Made by a program: the position numbers and the translations under genes. From Camelus dromedarius (taxonomy: Eukaryota), in NCBI RefSeq assembly GCF_036321535.1, contig NC_087437.1, positions 113,648,001 through 113,712,000 of the forward strand: a stretch of DNA of 64,000 nucleotides, given 5' to 3'. Positions within the stretch are counted from its first letter, which is position 1. The number at the start of each line of letters is the position of its first letter. Under the pieces are notes generated by a model, which had not been told where the DNA came from, did not search any database, and worked only from the letters and a program-made list of their open reading frames with translations. Of this stretch, positions 1 to 12,600 are shown one piece after another.

Positions 1-328
1 AGCACATGGGAGCTAAGTTCTCTGAAACCATTTCATCTTGTTAGTTTCTTTCTAAATGAGGCATCTTGCAAACACCTAGGGGTAAGTCATGGAAAGGAGG
101 GGCTCACAGAACGTCATCAAAACAGCCTACTTTTCAGCTTGTATGGAGATGCTATAACTAAGAACTACACCGGGACAATGGGCATAAGCCAAGCTAGGTG
201 ATCACCGCATAAAGAGCAGGCAATGTTGGGAGCCAAACACAGACGGGGTCCAGGAACTCTGCTTTGAAGATATGAAAGGTGGGTATTGTTTCAGGTTGCC
301 AGGGTGGCATTTAAATAGCACACAATTG

Positions 329-852
329 TGGATCGACAGATGACTGGATAAAGAAGTTGTGCTATATTTATACAATGGAATACTACTCAACCATAAAAAT
401 GATAAAATAATGCCATTTGCAGCAACATGGATGGCCCTGGAGAATGTCATTCTAAGTGAAGGAAGCCAGAAAGAGAAAGAAAAATATCATGTGATATTAC
501 TCATATATGAAATCTAAAAAAAAAAAAAAAACAAATGAACTTATATATAAAACAGAAACAGATTCACAGACATAGAATACAGACTTGTGGATGCCAAGGG
601 GGAGGTGAGTGGGAAGGGATAAATTGGGAGTTCGAGATTTGCAGATACTGACTGGTGTATACAAAGTATATAAATAAGTTTTTACTGTATAGCACAGGGA
701 ACTATATCCAATATCTTGTCATAGCTTACAGTGAAAAAGAATATGAAAATGAATATATGTATATTCATGTATGACTGAAGAATTGTGCAGTACACCAGGA
801 ACTGACACAACATTGTAAACTAACTATACCTCAATAAGAAAAAAATTAAAAA
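329..852 (+). mobile_element. 5'-truncated LINE-1 (end of ORF2 + 3'UTR + A tail), cetartiodactyl/camelid type, with 16-bp target-site duplication
   Basis: Contains ATGGAATACTACTCA...GCAGCAACATGGATG...GGGATAAATTGGGAG...TGTATAGCACAGGGAACTATA and an A tail. TSD AAATAGCACACAATTG (313-328) / AAATAGCAGACAATTG (853-868), preceded by TT. Confidence 0.93.
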
Positions 853-2814
853 AAATAGCAGACAATTGAAACAACAATTTCCAAAAAGATTGGTACTGTT
901 CGGCCTCACACTTCTTTCAATGTCCTTCTTCCTTTATTTCCATCTCACAGGCAGAATAAGGACCAACATCACTCAAGAAACAGACTTGGACTAAAAATCA
1001 GTCATGCTGATTTTTATTTCTGCTGTGTTTTCTCTTCTAAAGCTACCTCCATGATCCCGGGAGAAACAGTTTTTCCCATTACTGATGGAAAGTTAAGTCT
1101 TCTCATAAGGAGGATTTCCCTTCCAGAAATTCAGAACGAGAAAAAGTTTCAGACAATGTGATTTTGTGCCAGCGAACAGCCCTTTCCAAAGCTTTGAATG
1201 GAATAATTTGTTTTTCACGGTTTATAGGTAGCAGATAAAACCTACATGGAAAAATGGACAGGGAGAAATGGAAAATAAGACACAGAATTTGGAATCGTAA
1301 GCTTAAAAAGCAATTTGTTTTATTTCAACTGTGCCCAGAAATAACTTGAGGTTAACAAGTGAGTATTTCTGCTGGAAGGATCAGCTACAATTAGGTCATC
1401 AACTTAGAGAAGACGTAGGCGGAAATTTAAACACCAAGCCTATCATTATAAAGGTACTTTATCAGCAGAACTGTCAGCTATGAATCGTTGACTTAAAATG
1501 ATTAAGAGACTAAAATACCAAAGAGGAAGATGAAGAGTTTGTAGAAAGACCCTGTTGAGATGCACAGCAGATGAGGGTCTAAATATGAGAAAGTTGCTTT
1601 ACTAACATTTCTTTGGGAGTGAGTTTTGACATCCTTGACTTCTATGTCAATTTGATGTGAAAAACCATAGATACTTGCTTCCTCTCGACATCCCTGTTCT
1701 GGCCACACAAACCCGGGCCACACATTTAATTCTGGTGGTGACAAAATGACAAATCTGTTGTTTAGGATAACTGAGACACAGTAATACTTCTCTGATTTCC
1801 CACAGAAAATTAGATGTGAAAAACTCTAACAGAACTATTTAAACTTCCCATTAACAATAAGCAATAAACCAATAAAAATATGGAAACTTTGGACCCTGGC
1901 ACCAAGAATAGATTCTGCATGGATTGTCTTAGCTCACCCAAGAATGGATTGATATATTTTTCTCCTGGAAGTATATTTAACTTAATATCTACCACAGCAT
2001 TACTGATGGGTTTAATAATAAGCAGACTTTACAAATATTTGGACCCACATGAGCCATGGAATTCAGAAGAATATTATTTCCTGCTATATTGATAACTGAT
2101 TTTGCATGGTGAATTTTACTTGTTTGTGCATTTGATCCATTTAGTTTGATCATTTAGATGTTCCAAACTATCCAATGATGAACTGTTTTTTGTTTTAAGT
2201 TTCTATTCACCATAACAGTAGGGCTTTAATTTTCACAATGGCTGCGTCTGTTTCCTTAGCAGTGAACATGTCCTGAGACCTGTTTTTTGGGTATTTGTAG
2301 GTCATTGCTATCAGCGCAGTGGGAGCCCCCATTTCAAATTTCTCTTGTTTACATGGGGCTGATGTTTGAACAGAAACCTGAAAGAATGGGTCTTAGAACA
2401 GCTGCTAAACACGCAGCTGTAAAGGGAAGCTGAAGTGTGCGAGGCTGACGGTAAGCTGGGCACATTCATTAGGACTTGCGGGGGCTGAGGGCTGCACTTG
2501 GACTGAAGGGGCTTCCTTTTGTCCACCTTCACTGAGTGCCTGGTTCCATTCCTTTATCACAAGTACATTAGTGCTTATCTCCTCAAATCGTTGTAACTAT
2601 ACATTGCTGCCCCACCTCCCACTGAGAATTGAAAGTCTCTTTTGTCACATACAAAGTGTAGAGAACTCTTTTAGAGACAGACTTTTAAATCCAATCTACC
2701 CAATGGAAATACCACTGATACCGGATGTTAAGTAAAATGAGTTTACTGTTGATGAAAGTGTAGCTCTTATGAGGGTCCCAGGGTCAGTGCAAGGTTCAGT
2801 TATCAAGTTAGAAG

Positions 2815-2819
<5 letters not shown>

Positions 2820-2851
<32 letters not shown>

Positions 2852-2861
2852 TGTGTTTGTT

Positions 2862-2902
<41 letters not shown>
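2820..2902. repeat. Compound (TG)n(GA)n microsatellite
   Basis: Directly visible. Confidence 0.97.
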
Positions 2903-2999
2903 TTAAGTTGGGAAAGCTATTATGCACTAGACTCTTAGCCTTGTCAATTTTTCCTTCTTTATGATTAAAAAAAAATCTAGCCTCATGAAAACTCTGTGA

Positions 3000-3135
3000 T
3001 AATATTATCCATATTGTTTTAAAATAGGAAATGAACTCAGAGTCGTGAAGCCATTCCTCAAGATCTCACAGCCAACAGGTGGCAGAACCAAGATCTGAAG
3101 CCAGATTTGCATGCTCCAAAGTCTACTTCACTAAG
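3000..3135 (-). mobile_element. MIR SINE fragment
   Basis: Degenerate reverse MIR core: TATTATCCATATT...GAACTCAGAG...CAAGATCTCACAGCCAACAGGTGGCAGAACCAAGAT. Confidence 0.6.
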
Positions 3136-5034
3136 CTGTTTCCCAGGTGATTTTTCAGGAACATTCCAAGCACCTTAGTTCTATGTCCTCTGTGGCTTTT
3201 CCCCACACCCAACAGAAGGCACTAAATGTGCAGGTTGTCAACCAGCAAGTGCTCGAAGTTGAATTTTTGGAAGATTAAGGTTTTACTGGACATCCCAAAT
3301 CATGCCCCAAACATCTGTCTTGTCTTTCAGTATGACTTCTAGGAAGGTTAAGCGTTAGAAGCTCTGGTGGTGACGCGAATCACAGGAAGCGCTAAGCTAA
3401 AAGACAAAATGAGTCATTCTTTCGAGAAACAATGGCTTTTACTTCTCTAAAACTCTTGGTAGACTTTTAAAAATTGGGATAAAATAAAAGCCAGCTAAAT
3501 TTAGTATTATGACAACTACTAACAAATACTAAAATAAATTTACTAGTACAACTACCACTAAATCACTCACTTTTTGATATGTTACCAACATGTGGGACTC
3601 TTGCTTGTCAAAACATCTCATAACGTGCCACATGCCTTCTGGGTGTAAAGTAAATGCCAATTACATTAAATATGATGGTGCACAGTCTTCTTACTGTCTT
3701 GTCTCATGCACACAATCTCTCTTGTGTTCTGGACCCACAATACACCTGAGTTTTGGGTAGCCGGGGTGGGTTTTTAGAAATATTATGGAGGCAGAGTGAA
3801 TACAACTTAGCCATGGCTGGGCATGGAGGCGAAGGCTGAGGGCATCCAAGTCATGTATGAAATTTGAGCCCTGTTGATTAAGGGCTCGCTGCCACAAATA
3901 GGGAAGTTGGAAAGTCTGAGAAGATGATACACAGGTTAGAATAAAAACATTGGGTCCAAGCGGTTTTGTGATTCCAACAGTACTTGGAAGACTTAGAGTG
4001 AAAGCAGAGAAAGTGTGTCGTGGGGTTTCCACAGGGGTGGTAGCTTATCACAGATACTCTGTGTAAGTAGCCAAGGGGAGGGGCTCAGAACCCGGCCGAA
4101 AGGTGGAAGGGATTTCATGTGAATAATGGGTTGAAAGCCCTTCGTTGCCCCATGGTCCAGTCACAGGGTCTTGCAAGAGGATTGATGGGAATGGGAGCTA
4201 CTGGTGTTGGTGAGACCTCCAGGGAATGACGGAGTATAGAGTCGGGCCCGTTGTAGGGGACGATGATGATCAAGGTGCTGACTGGCTTGAGAGCAGAGGT
4301 GGCTGGCGACATCTGGGGTCACCATGCTGTAGGGGTGAGGAAGGTAGATGGGAAGAAATGGAGGCTGTGGATGGAGGAACATTCTGGAATGTAAGCTCTT
4401 GGAAATGGTACCATTTTTGCTCTAGAATCTAATAGCCCTTGGTGAGCATTGAAAGTCCAAGGCCAATGGTTTCTCAACCCCCATGGTGATTCCCTGCTCC
4501 AAAAGCTGGCAGGGGTGGAGGGGCGGTCCTTGGGATTCCTTAGGGGAATTCCTTCCATGTTCCTGAGTGAGTCTATCTTCCTTTCTCTCATATGGGCAGA
4601 GACTACTATGTATGGGGTAAACACGTGTCTTATTCAATCATATGGTATTAACCTTTACTATATTATTACTGTCATTTTACTGCAATCAGCATTTCCTTCC
4701 CCAGTGATGGGGCATCGGGTGTAACAAACAGTTTTTGAGAACTGTGTCTGCTGGTCTATCAGGATAGAACTCTTTGGCCAGACTCTGCAGACCGGGTGCC
4801 GCCTGCCTTCCACCTTCAAGATCTCCCCCCATGGACATCCGGCGCTCTTTCTGTCAGACCATGCCTGTCGTGTGCCCCAGGCTGGCACCTTTTGTTTTCT
4901 CAGACACGAAAGCTGAAAGGTCGGGATTCAACACTAGGCACCAAGGTTCCAGTCTGTGGAAGAGGCTCCAAAATCAAGGATGACTAGCGCTGCATGCTGG
5001 GGCTGGGAGTGGCATGTGAAAGACAGAGAGCCAT

Positions 5035-5450
5035 GATCCCTGTTGTGTCCCCCAAGAGTCGTATCCACCCAGAACCTCAGAATATGATTTTGTTTGGAAA
5101 TCAGATCTTTGTGGATGTGATTAAAGTTAGATGAGGTCACACCAGATGATGATGGGCTCTTAATTTAATGACGGTGTCCTTGTAAGAAGAGGACAGCCAC
5201 GCAGATACACGGGAGAATGCAGGGAAAAGACAGAGACAGAGAGCGGGGCGATGCAGCTACGATTTACGGAGCATTGGGGCACTGGGAGCCACCAGAGGCA
5301 AGGAAGGACCCTTTCCCAGAGCCTCAGGAGGGAACACAGTTCTGCCGACACCTTGACTTTGGATTTCTAGCTTCTAGAACTCAGAAACAACACATTTCTG
5401 TTGTTTTAAACCACTGCGTGTGTGGTAATCTGCTCCAGCAGACTGAGACA
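5035..5450 (+). mobile_element. MaLR solo LTR (MLT1 family)
   Basis: GAACCTCAGAATATGATTTTGTTTGGAAAT...GGTGTCCTTGTAAGAAGAGG...ACCTTGACTTTGGATTTCTAGCTTCTAGAAC...TTCTGTTGTTTTAAACCAC. Confidence 0.85.
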
Positions 5451-7049
5451 CTAAAACGTCCCCTAGCCCTGATGGCTTCCTTGTCACTGCCCCTTTGGAA
5501 ACTCCTCCCTGGAGCCAGTCCCCATGTAACTAACATGACTGGGAGTCTAGGGACACCTGGCTCCAGAAGGCTTCATGCCCAGGTATGTGTATGTCTTTGG
5601 ACGGCCCTTGTCATGACAACGTTCTGATTGACATCTCTGGTCCTTTGAACTCCAGCCGATGGCTGAAGCAGGAGCACTGTTTTAACTACACTGATAGTTT
5701 CTAAACTCCCCACCGTGTGGTTTCCAGGTCAGGCCGGCAGGCTTTGTTCTATGAATCATGGCCAAAAGATTCAATTAAATCTCGCTTCGCCTGCCTTGTG
5801 GCCGGGGTTTGGGTGACTTAGCGAGAACAGGGGCATTTAGCAAGTGACTGAGGAAAGCCAGACGCGGGAGGGGAGCCGAGTGCTGACATGAGGCAAGGAG
5901 CTCGGAGATTAGGGGGCTCGAGGCGGCGGTGACGAATGAAGTCACCGGGAGCTCAGCTTCTTGGCTGGAAAAGCAGCTGTTGAGTTCTGACATACGATTT
6001 TTGGACCCGAAAGAGAAAGTGAGGGGGCTTTGTGAAATCACTTAAAAGAGGGTCCACGTTAAGGGGACATGAGAGGTGTTAGCACCACCACCGTCCTTTC
6101 CCCAGAGGAATAAGAAAGAGTCACAAATGTAAGTCTGGTCGTGATCTTTATGGGGGGAGGCTTCCTTTGAAGTCTGACATCACGAAAAAGAAATCCTCAT
6201 AAAACCAAAAAAAAAAAAAAAAAAAAGTATCTCATTCTGGCTAGGAGCGCACCAAGTGCTGAGGAATACAGGGATGAAAAATGGTTACAGCCCTGCAGAA
6301 ACAGGAATCGGGAACCAGAGGGTACTCAGGGAGAGAAAAGAAAAGGACAAGATTTCTTGAAGGGCGTGGAGGATGCTGCCTTCCCGGGGAGGCTCGCTCC
6401 AGCGGGGAGGAGTCCTGGGTGATGCCAGGAGAGCCAGGCAGAGGAACAGCACCCCCCAAACACCACCCAGGTGCACAGGTGGCTCTGAGCCAGTAACAGA
6501 GACTCAGAATCGATCTCTTATTTCCAGATAAAGCAATTCCTGGCTACCCAGTATCACCTTGCAGGATTGTGTGGAGCTCAGAAGGAACATGGCGTGTGAA
6601 TTCCCTCTGTAAATTTCCAAGCACCCTCTCAATACAGACAAGTAAGAATGGGCACCCACTCAGGCTGGGCCCAGGATGCCCTGGACGCACTATTTACCTG
6701 CACCACTTCAGGTGCTGGCTAAGACAGGGGCTGAGGAACATCACAGAAGCCCAGCTCTAGCAGTCCCGGTGAGTCAGGACTGGTCCTTCTCTCGTTGCAT
6801 CGGCAGTGCATTTGTGACACAGTCAGCAGGAAACACAGTGGAGAGAGAGAGACAGAGAAGGAGAGAGAGGGAGAGAGAGAGAGACCGGTGTTGCTTCCTT
6901 TTCCAGGGCATCAGGAGAGTAGCCCCCTTCTGCACCGCCTTCCCACGAGCTGTTCCTTTCTGGCATGAGCCCAGATGAGCCAGGGTAGCCCAGCCCCCAG
7001 GGAAGGGGATGGAAAGGGGATGGCAAGTCCCGGCTGCCCGTAGGGCCTG

Positions 7050-7480
7050 AAATGGATTGAGTAGTGTCCCCTCAAATTCCTGCCCACTCAGAGCCTCAGA
7101 GCACAACCTTCTTTGGACATAGGTTCTTTCCGGAAGTAACTAGTTAAGGTGAGGATGTATTGGCTTAAAGTGGACTCTAAATCCAATGACTGGTATGCTT
7201 ATAAGAAGAGAAAACAGAATCACACAGAGGGAAGAAGGAAGACCACGATGGTGGAGACAGAGATCAAAGCGGTGGAGCCAGAAGCCAGGGAACGCCAGTG
7301 ACTGGCAACCAACAGAAGATAGAAGGAAGCCAAGAAGAAATCTCCCCTGAAGCCTTCAGAGGGAGGGTGGCCCTGCCCTACGTTCAGACTTTTGGCATCT
7401 GGAACTCAGAGAAAAACTTCTGTTGTTTTCAGCCATCTGATCTATGGCCATTTGTTATGGCAGACACCGAAAAATAATAA
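7050..7480 (+). mobile_element. MaLR solo LTR (MLT1 family)
   Basis: CTAAATCCAATGACTGGTATGCTTATAAGAAGAG...AGCCTTCAGAGGGAG...TTCTGTTGTTTTCAGCCA...TTTGTTATGGCAG. Confidence 0.85.
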
Positions 7481-8791
7481 AGTACCTCTCAGAAAGAGAA
7501 GGGAGAGGTTTCTCTGGTGGCTGGGGCATCCCCGCCCTTTCCCGGGACAGGGGAGAGGGCCAGTGGGGCTGTGTTCCTGGAGTGTTCTGCCTGCGGATGG
7601 GGTTCCCGGACTGCTCACACACTGGGCCTGTTCTTTGCACAGGCTGCAGCACAAGGCAGGAGCCGGGGCACATTCCTGGCCACTGGACTGTGGGAAGGCT
7701 GGAGGCAGCCACCTGGGGCTTCCATCTTTCTCTTTTTTAAAAAAAAAACAAAACAAAATAGGGCCCATAGTGAACACGAGCCAGGCACTGATGTAGGCAC
7801 TGGGGAGGCAACAGACAGTGAAACTGACCATGTCTCTGTGCCCAAGAAATTCACATTCTTGGGGAGACAGGCTATGAATCAAATAATAAACACATAAGTG
7901 ATGATTTTAGTGAGTAACAAGGAATACGAAGAAAAATTCCTCTCTCTCACAAAATTAAACGTTATAAATGAAAACAAACAAACAAAAAACCCAAATGGTG
8001 GTTTCTTTGCCTGTGTTAACCGTCACACATTCACACAAACGCTTGCATGGTGGTCCAGGCAGGACCCTGCTAGCTCAGACTCAGACAGTCCTCGGGCTGG
8101 CCCGCTAAGACTTACGCAGGCCAGCCCAGAGTGCGGCCAGAGGGGCCCGTCCAAGCCTCGCTTCTCCATTGCGGGGCCAGCAATAAAAGGGATGACTAGG
8201 CAGGCAGCCTGCCCAGACCTGGCAGGAGGGACTGCGTCCCCCGGGCTGGTTCCCCAGGGCGAGCTGGCAGCAAGGCCGGCAGTTCCCCGAAAGGGCCACT
8301 CTCTTGCCTGCCAGGAAGAGAGTATGGGGGGCCTTTGGGGAGAACTGCCAGAGATGCCTGGCACTGGACAAGCCTCCTGTCTGCAGACGCTGCCCCCCTG
8401 GGGGTGCCTCTCAGGTGGCCGCTTTGAGAAAGACACATAGAGACAATGTCAGGAGCTTTTAAACCTTCCAGGAAGAACAAAAGGCAAACTTTCCGAATCT
8501 AATGAACTTGATAATGAACATGAACAAGGATAATTTTAGATGCAAGTCACTTAACTACTGAATAAGAATAAGAGGAAATACAAGGTGGTATCAGTGATGG
8601 GCTAATAGAAACCATTATTTTAAAACAAAACTATTTTGAAGAGAGGAGCAATTCCAGGGGCAAACAAAACCGCTCCCGGGCTCCTGTGCTCCTCAGTGAC
8701 TTTCCACTCGATTTGCCTTCCCAGGTCAAACACCATTCATATGCGCCAAGGCGGGGTTGGAGGAAAACACTGCCCTGTTTGCCTCTTCCTA

Positions 8792-8793
<2 letters not shown>

Positions 8794-8822
<29 letters not shown>
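8794..8822. repeat. (CA)n microsatellite
   Basis: Directly visible. Confidence 0.95.
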
Positions 8823-8825
<3 letters not shown>

Positions 8826-9214
8826 ACTGAGGAATGCTGGAGGGGAAAAACCTGGAATAAACGCAATGGTCTAATTTCTTCCATATCACTCGTTGAAATT
8901 CCCCACTCACCAATTTTCCCAAAAGTTGATTTTCTCATGTACTTTGAAATCAGGCAAGTGAGTTTGGGGAAAGTCATATTTCCTCTCAGGTGGCTGTTAG
9001 CCTGTCTCGAGAGCCCTTTCAGCAGCAGAAGAGAGCTCCCCTTGAGAAAAGAAAGGCTGTGATTCTAACTGAAGAAATATGGAGTTCCTTTTGACCATCA
9101 TTGGATCACTTAATGGTTCCCCAGAAATCAGGAGCAATCAGGTTTTCTTAACCACTGACATTCAAATTTTTCTTAAACAATTAAAAATACAGCCAATATT
9201 TCATAATAACTTTA

Positions 9215-9316
9215 AGTGGAGTGTAATCTACCGAAATACTGAATCACTATATTGTACACCTGAAAGTAGTACCATATTGTAAATCAACTCTACTTCAATT
9301 TAAGAAACAAAAAATA
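9215..9316 (+). mobile_element. Very short L1 3'-end fragment
   Basis: GAATCACTATATTGTACACCTGAAA...ATTGTAAATCAACTCTACTTCAATTAAGAAAC followed by an A-rich tail. Confidence 0.75.
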
Positions 9317-9544
9317 ATCCTTGAAGAAATTTTTATAAACTTAGAGGAAGGATAAGATAATTACCCAAGATGTCAACTATCTAAATGAAATGATCCATTT
9401 TCTTTTTCCATTGGTGAGGATGTAATGAAAGCTTTTGGGTTTTAAACCCATGCCCATACACAATGACTTTTTTTTACTTGTTGAGAAATTGCTCAATAGA
9501 TATAGGTTGACCTAAAAAAATCGGCATTGGCAGTTTTTGTATCT

Positions 9545-9690
9545 ATAGGAGATGATGGATGTTAACTACTCTTATTGTGGGAACCATTTCACAATATGTG
9601 AAAATCATGATGCTGTACACCTCAGACTTACACAGTCCGTCAATTACGTCTCAATAAAAGTGGACGGGGGAGAATGGAAGAAAAAAAAAA
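9545..9690 (+). mobile_element. Older L1M-type 3'-end fragment
   Basis: GATGGATGTTAACTA...CATTTCACAATATG...ATGCTGTACACCT...GTCAATTACGTCTCAATAAAA. Confidence 0.7.
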
Positions 9691-12600
9691 TTGGTATTCA
9701 CTTCCAGCCTAAATATTGACTGGGAACCTCTGTTCTCATCCACCCTCAGAGAACTCAGCCAAATTCTGGGGCGGTTAGCTTGGTTTCCTGGCTGGAATTG
9801 CGACATCATTGCGACGGAGAGACTTGTAGCTCCAGACAAGCCCGTGAACAGGGTGTCAGGAAGTCCGGGAAAGTGTGAGTCAGCTGAGCACTGGCACCCC
9901 TGGCATGGGGGCCCCAGAGGAGACCTGACCGGTAGCCGGAGTCAACAAAGGGCGCAAAGCGGGCCGTGTGGCCTGGGGGAGGCGAGGGGCAGGCGGCTGG
10001 CTCTCGAGCAGGGCCGGGGAGGGCCCGCCAGCATGTCCCCGTGAACCCCACACACCAAGCTCCACCCTTCCCAGCAGAGATGGTCCAACACTTTCAGCTC
10101 TGACCACAAAGGGTGGAATTTAATGACCTGGGAACTAATTTCTCGTTGGTTTTGGTAAACTAAAAATGATAGGATGAGTAATGCATGAAAATCATCTTTT
10201 TTTCCTAATTGGAAAAAAAAAAAGTATTACAATTCTCTTGGAGGCTTGATGTCTTTGGAATAAAGACTGTAACTTTCTGGGAGATAATTTGAGAGTGAAC
10301 TGTGTAAACGCTCTAACTTACTCATTGTCTTGTATTGACATGGGACGTGCTTTATAGCAAAGGCCATTTGGGAACTAAAGGTCTCGGTTCTGCCTCTGCC
10401 CTGCTCTCAGCATGTAGGCGTAGGTATGCGCGTGTAGCTGTGTCTCGGTGAACTTGGTTTCTTCTATCCGTCACTCCTACCTTCTAGACCACCCCTGCCC
10501 CATCTTCGGCATAGACTTGCTCTTTAGAATTTTGAACATTGAGAATTATTTGAAGCTCCTGGTCTGTTTTTTTTAACACCTTAAACCTGATAGATCCACA
10601 GCCCGCCACTGCGTGTGGAGAATGATGGCGTTCCTGGGGTCTGGTCCTGGACCAGGCTCCATCTGCGCTTCCGTTGTTCAGCCCACTCGTGGACCTCAAA
10701 TATAACAACTCTGCTGAAGAGGGGATGAGGAGGGAGTTAAACTGTGGGGGAAGTGAGAAAAGCCCCTGATCTGGTGCAGGAGAGGAGGTGGACAGGAGGA
10801 AGACCCAGGGGAGGCTCTGCCCGGGGCCTGCAGTCAGAGGCTGGGGAGGGGAGGGTCCTACTGGAGGGGCCTGAGCGGTGGAGGTGCCCTCCCCAGTGCC
10901 TGTCACCCACGCCTCTGGCCCTTGGCTCCTCCTTCTCAGACCCCAAAGATGAGTCTATGAAGCTAGCCCATCACACACATCTAGAAATTTCTGGGTGCTT
11001 CAGGGAACTCAAAGACGGAAACTTTGGCCTAAAAGCAGACTTCTCGGAACAATGTTGGCACTTAAATAACACTTAGCTTGAAAAAGAATACCAAACTCCT
11101 CCTCTCTTTCTCTCTTCCCCCACTTGACTTCATAACCCATCTCCGCTCTCTTAAGACTCTAGGTGGAAAAAAGTTCGTTTCACAAAGATTCTCTTTACAG
11201 AAGGCGTTGCTGTCAATTGTCGAGAAACACAGGCGTTTCTGCATTACAGATTTCACTTGAGCTTAGCGCCTTTCTTTACATTATGAGGCCAGTAGGTTAA
11301 AAACAAAAACAGAGAAAAAAAAAAAAGAACAAAAAACCAAGATTTTAGATCTTGAGCAATAGAGCACAGATACTATCAAAATATTTTGCAAAATTACAGA
11401 AGCGTTGCCACATTTTCCATAGGGTTAACTGTTGAGACAAAAAAACTAATTTGGAACTTATGATTTCTTTAAAAAAAAAAATTCCCTTAACTCAACCGAG
11501 GACATTTACTTGGGAGAAGAAAATGACTAACTTGTAGTTTCCACAATGAGAAACATATTCCCATGGCTTCTGGCCACTTTCTGTCATTACGTGATGGGCT
11601 TAAATTGCATTCATTTATAATGAGTTGAAAATATGAATGAAATCTTTAAATTAGTCAAAATAACGTCATGGTTTAAACATCCTCCCCTGCAAAGAAAGAG
11701 AGGATATTGGGTGACAATTGACATGATTGTTTCTGAGTATCGATCCCAAACCTGACAGCCCATATTTATTTTCAAACCCAGTGCCACAACTTCACAATTT
11801 AAAATAAAAAACAAAAAAGCCAGCAGTCGTGTATTGCTGCAGTGAGATAGGGCAGCGTAATGGCTTTGAGCGTGTCTATTCCTGCAGTGTATCTGGCCTT
11901 GAGTCCACAGAACCCCCGCCAACATCAAAGGAAGCTGTCGGAGATGGTGTGTGGAACACCAGATAGCCCTGGGAAGGGGGGTCCCATCCTCTGCCAAGAG
12001 GAATTGCTAAAATTAGATGGTGAGGTCGTCTCGGCGCTGGAAGGGATCTTCCTCATCATCTGCTTCATCGATGATAGAACCCATCAAAACTTCCAGACCT
12101 TCAAAGAGAAGGGCTTATGCAACCAGCAGGAATGCCTTTCTGTTTGGAGATTCTTCCCTCTGTCTATCTTAAACTCCTCATGCTGATATTCAAATCAATT
12201 TCCTCTTGCCTCGGGGGCTCAGTGCAGATGGGGTGGGGCAGCCAGCCAGGCCCAGTATTTTCCTCTGGGCTTTCTAAGATGGTTTTTTAGAGTCTGAAAC
12301 CATCATTTGGCCCTTCCCTTTCATCCGGGATGCTGTTGTACTATCATCATTGTGGTCTTCTAGGTGCGTTTGGGGTGCACGTGCAAAGGGGATTCTGAAA
12401 CGAGGGTGGAGGGGGCAGGGCCAGCCTCATACTTGGGCAGAGTGAGCGAGTGAGCGGTCACCTGCCCAGTGGCATCTTTGTCTCCCCCTTCTTTCCCTCT
12501 CCACCCGCCCTGCCTGGCCCCGGTGACAGTATCTGAACATCTGGCACTAGAGATTTATGCTTTGGGGTGAGCGCTGCCCCTCCTTCTATGTTTCTCTTTG

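Noticed and set aside
7392..8480. Cluster of overlapping 80-180 aa ORFs on both strands
   Set aside because: GC-rich, stop-poor sequence partly within an MLT1 LTR. No coherent frame, splice pattern or protein similarity.
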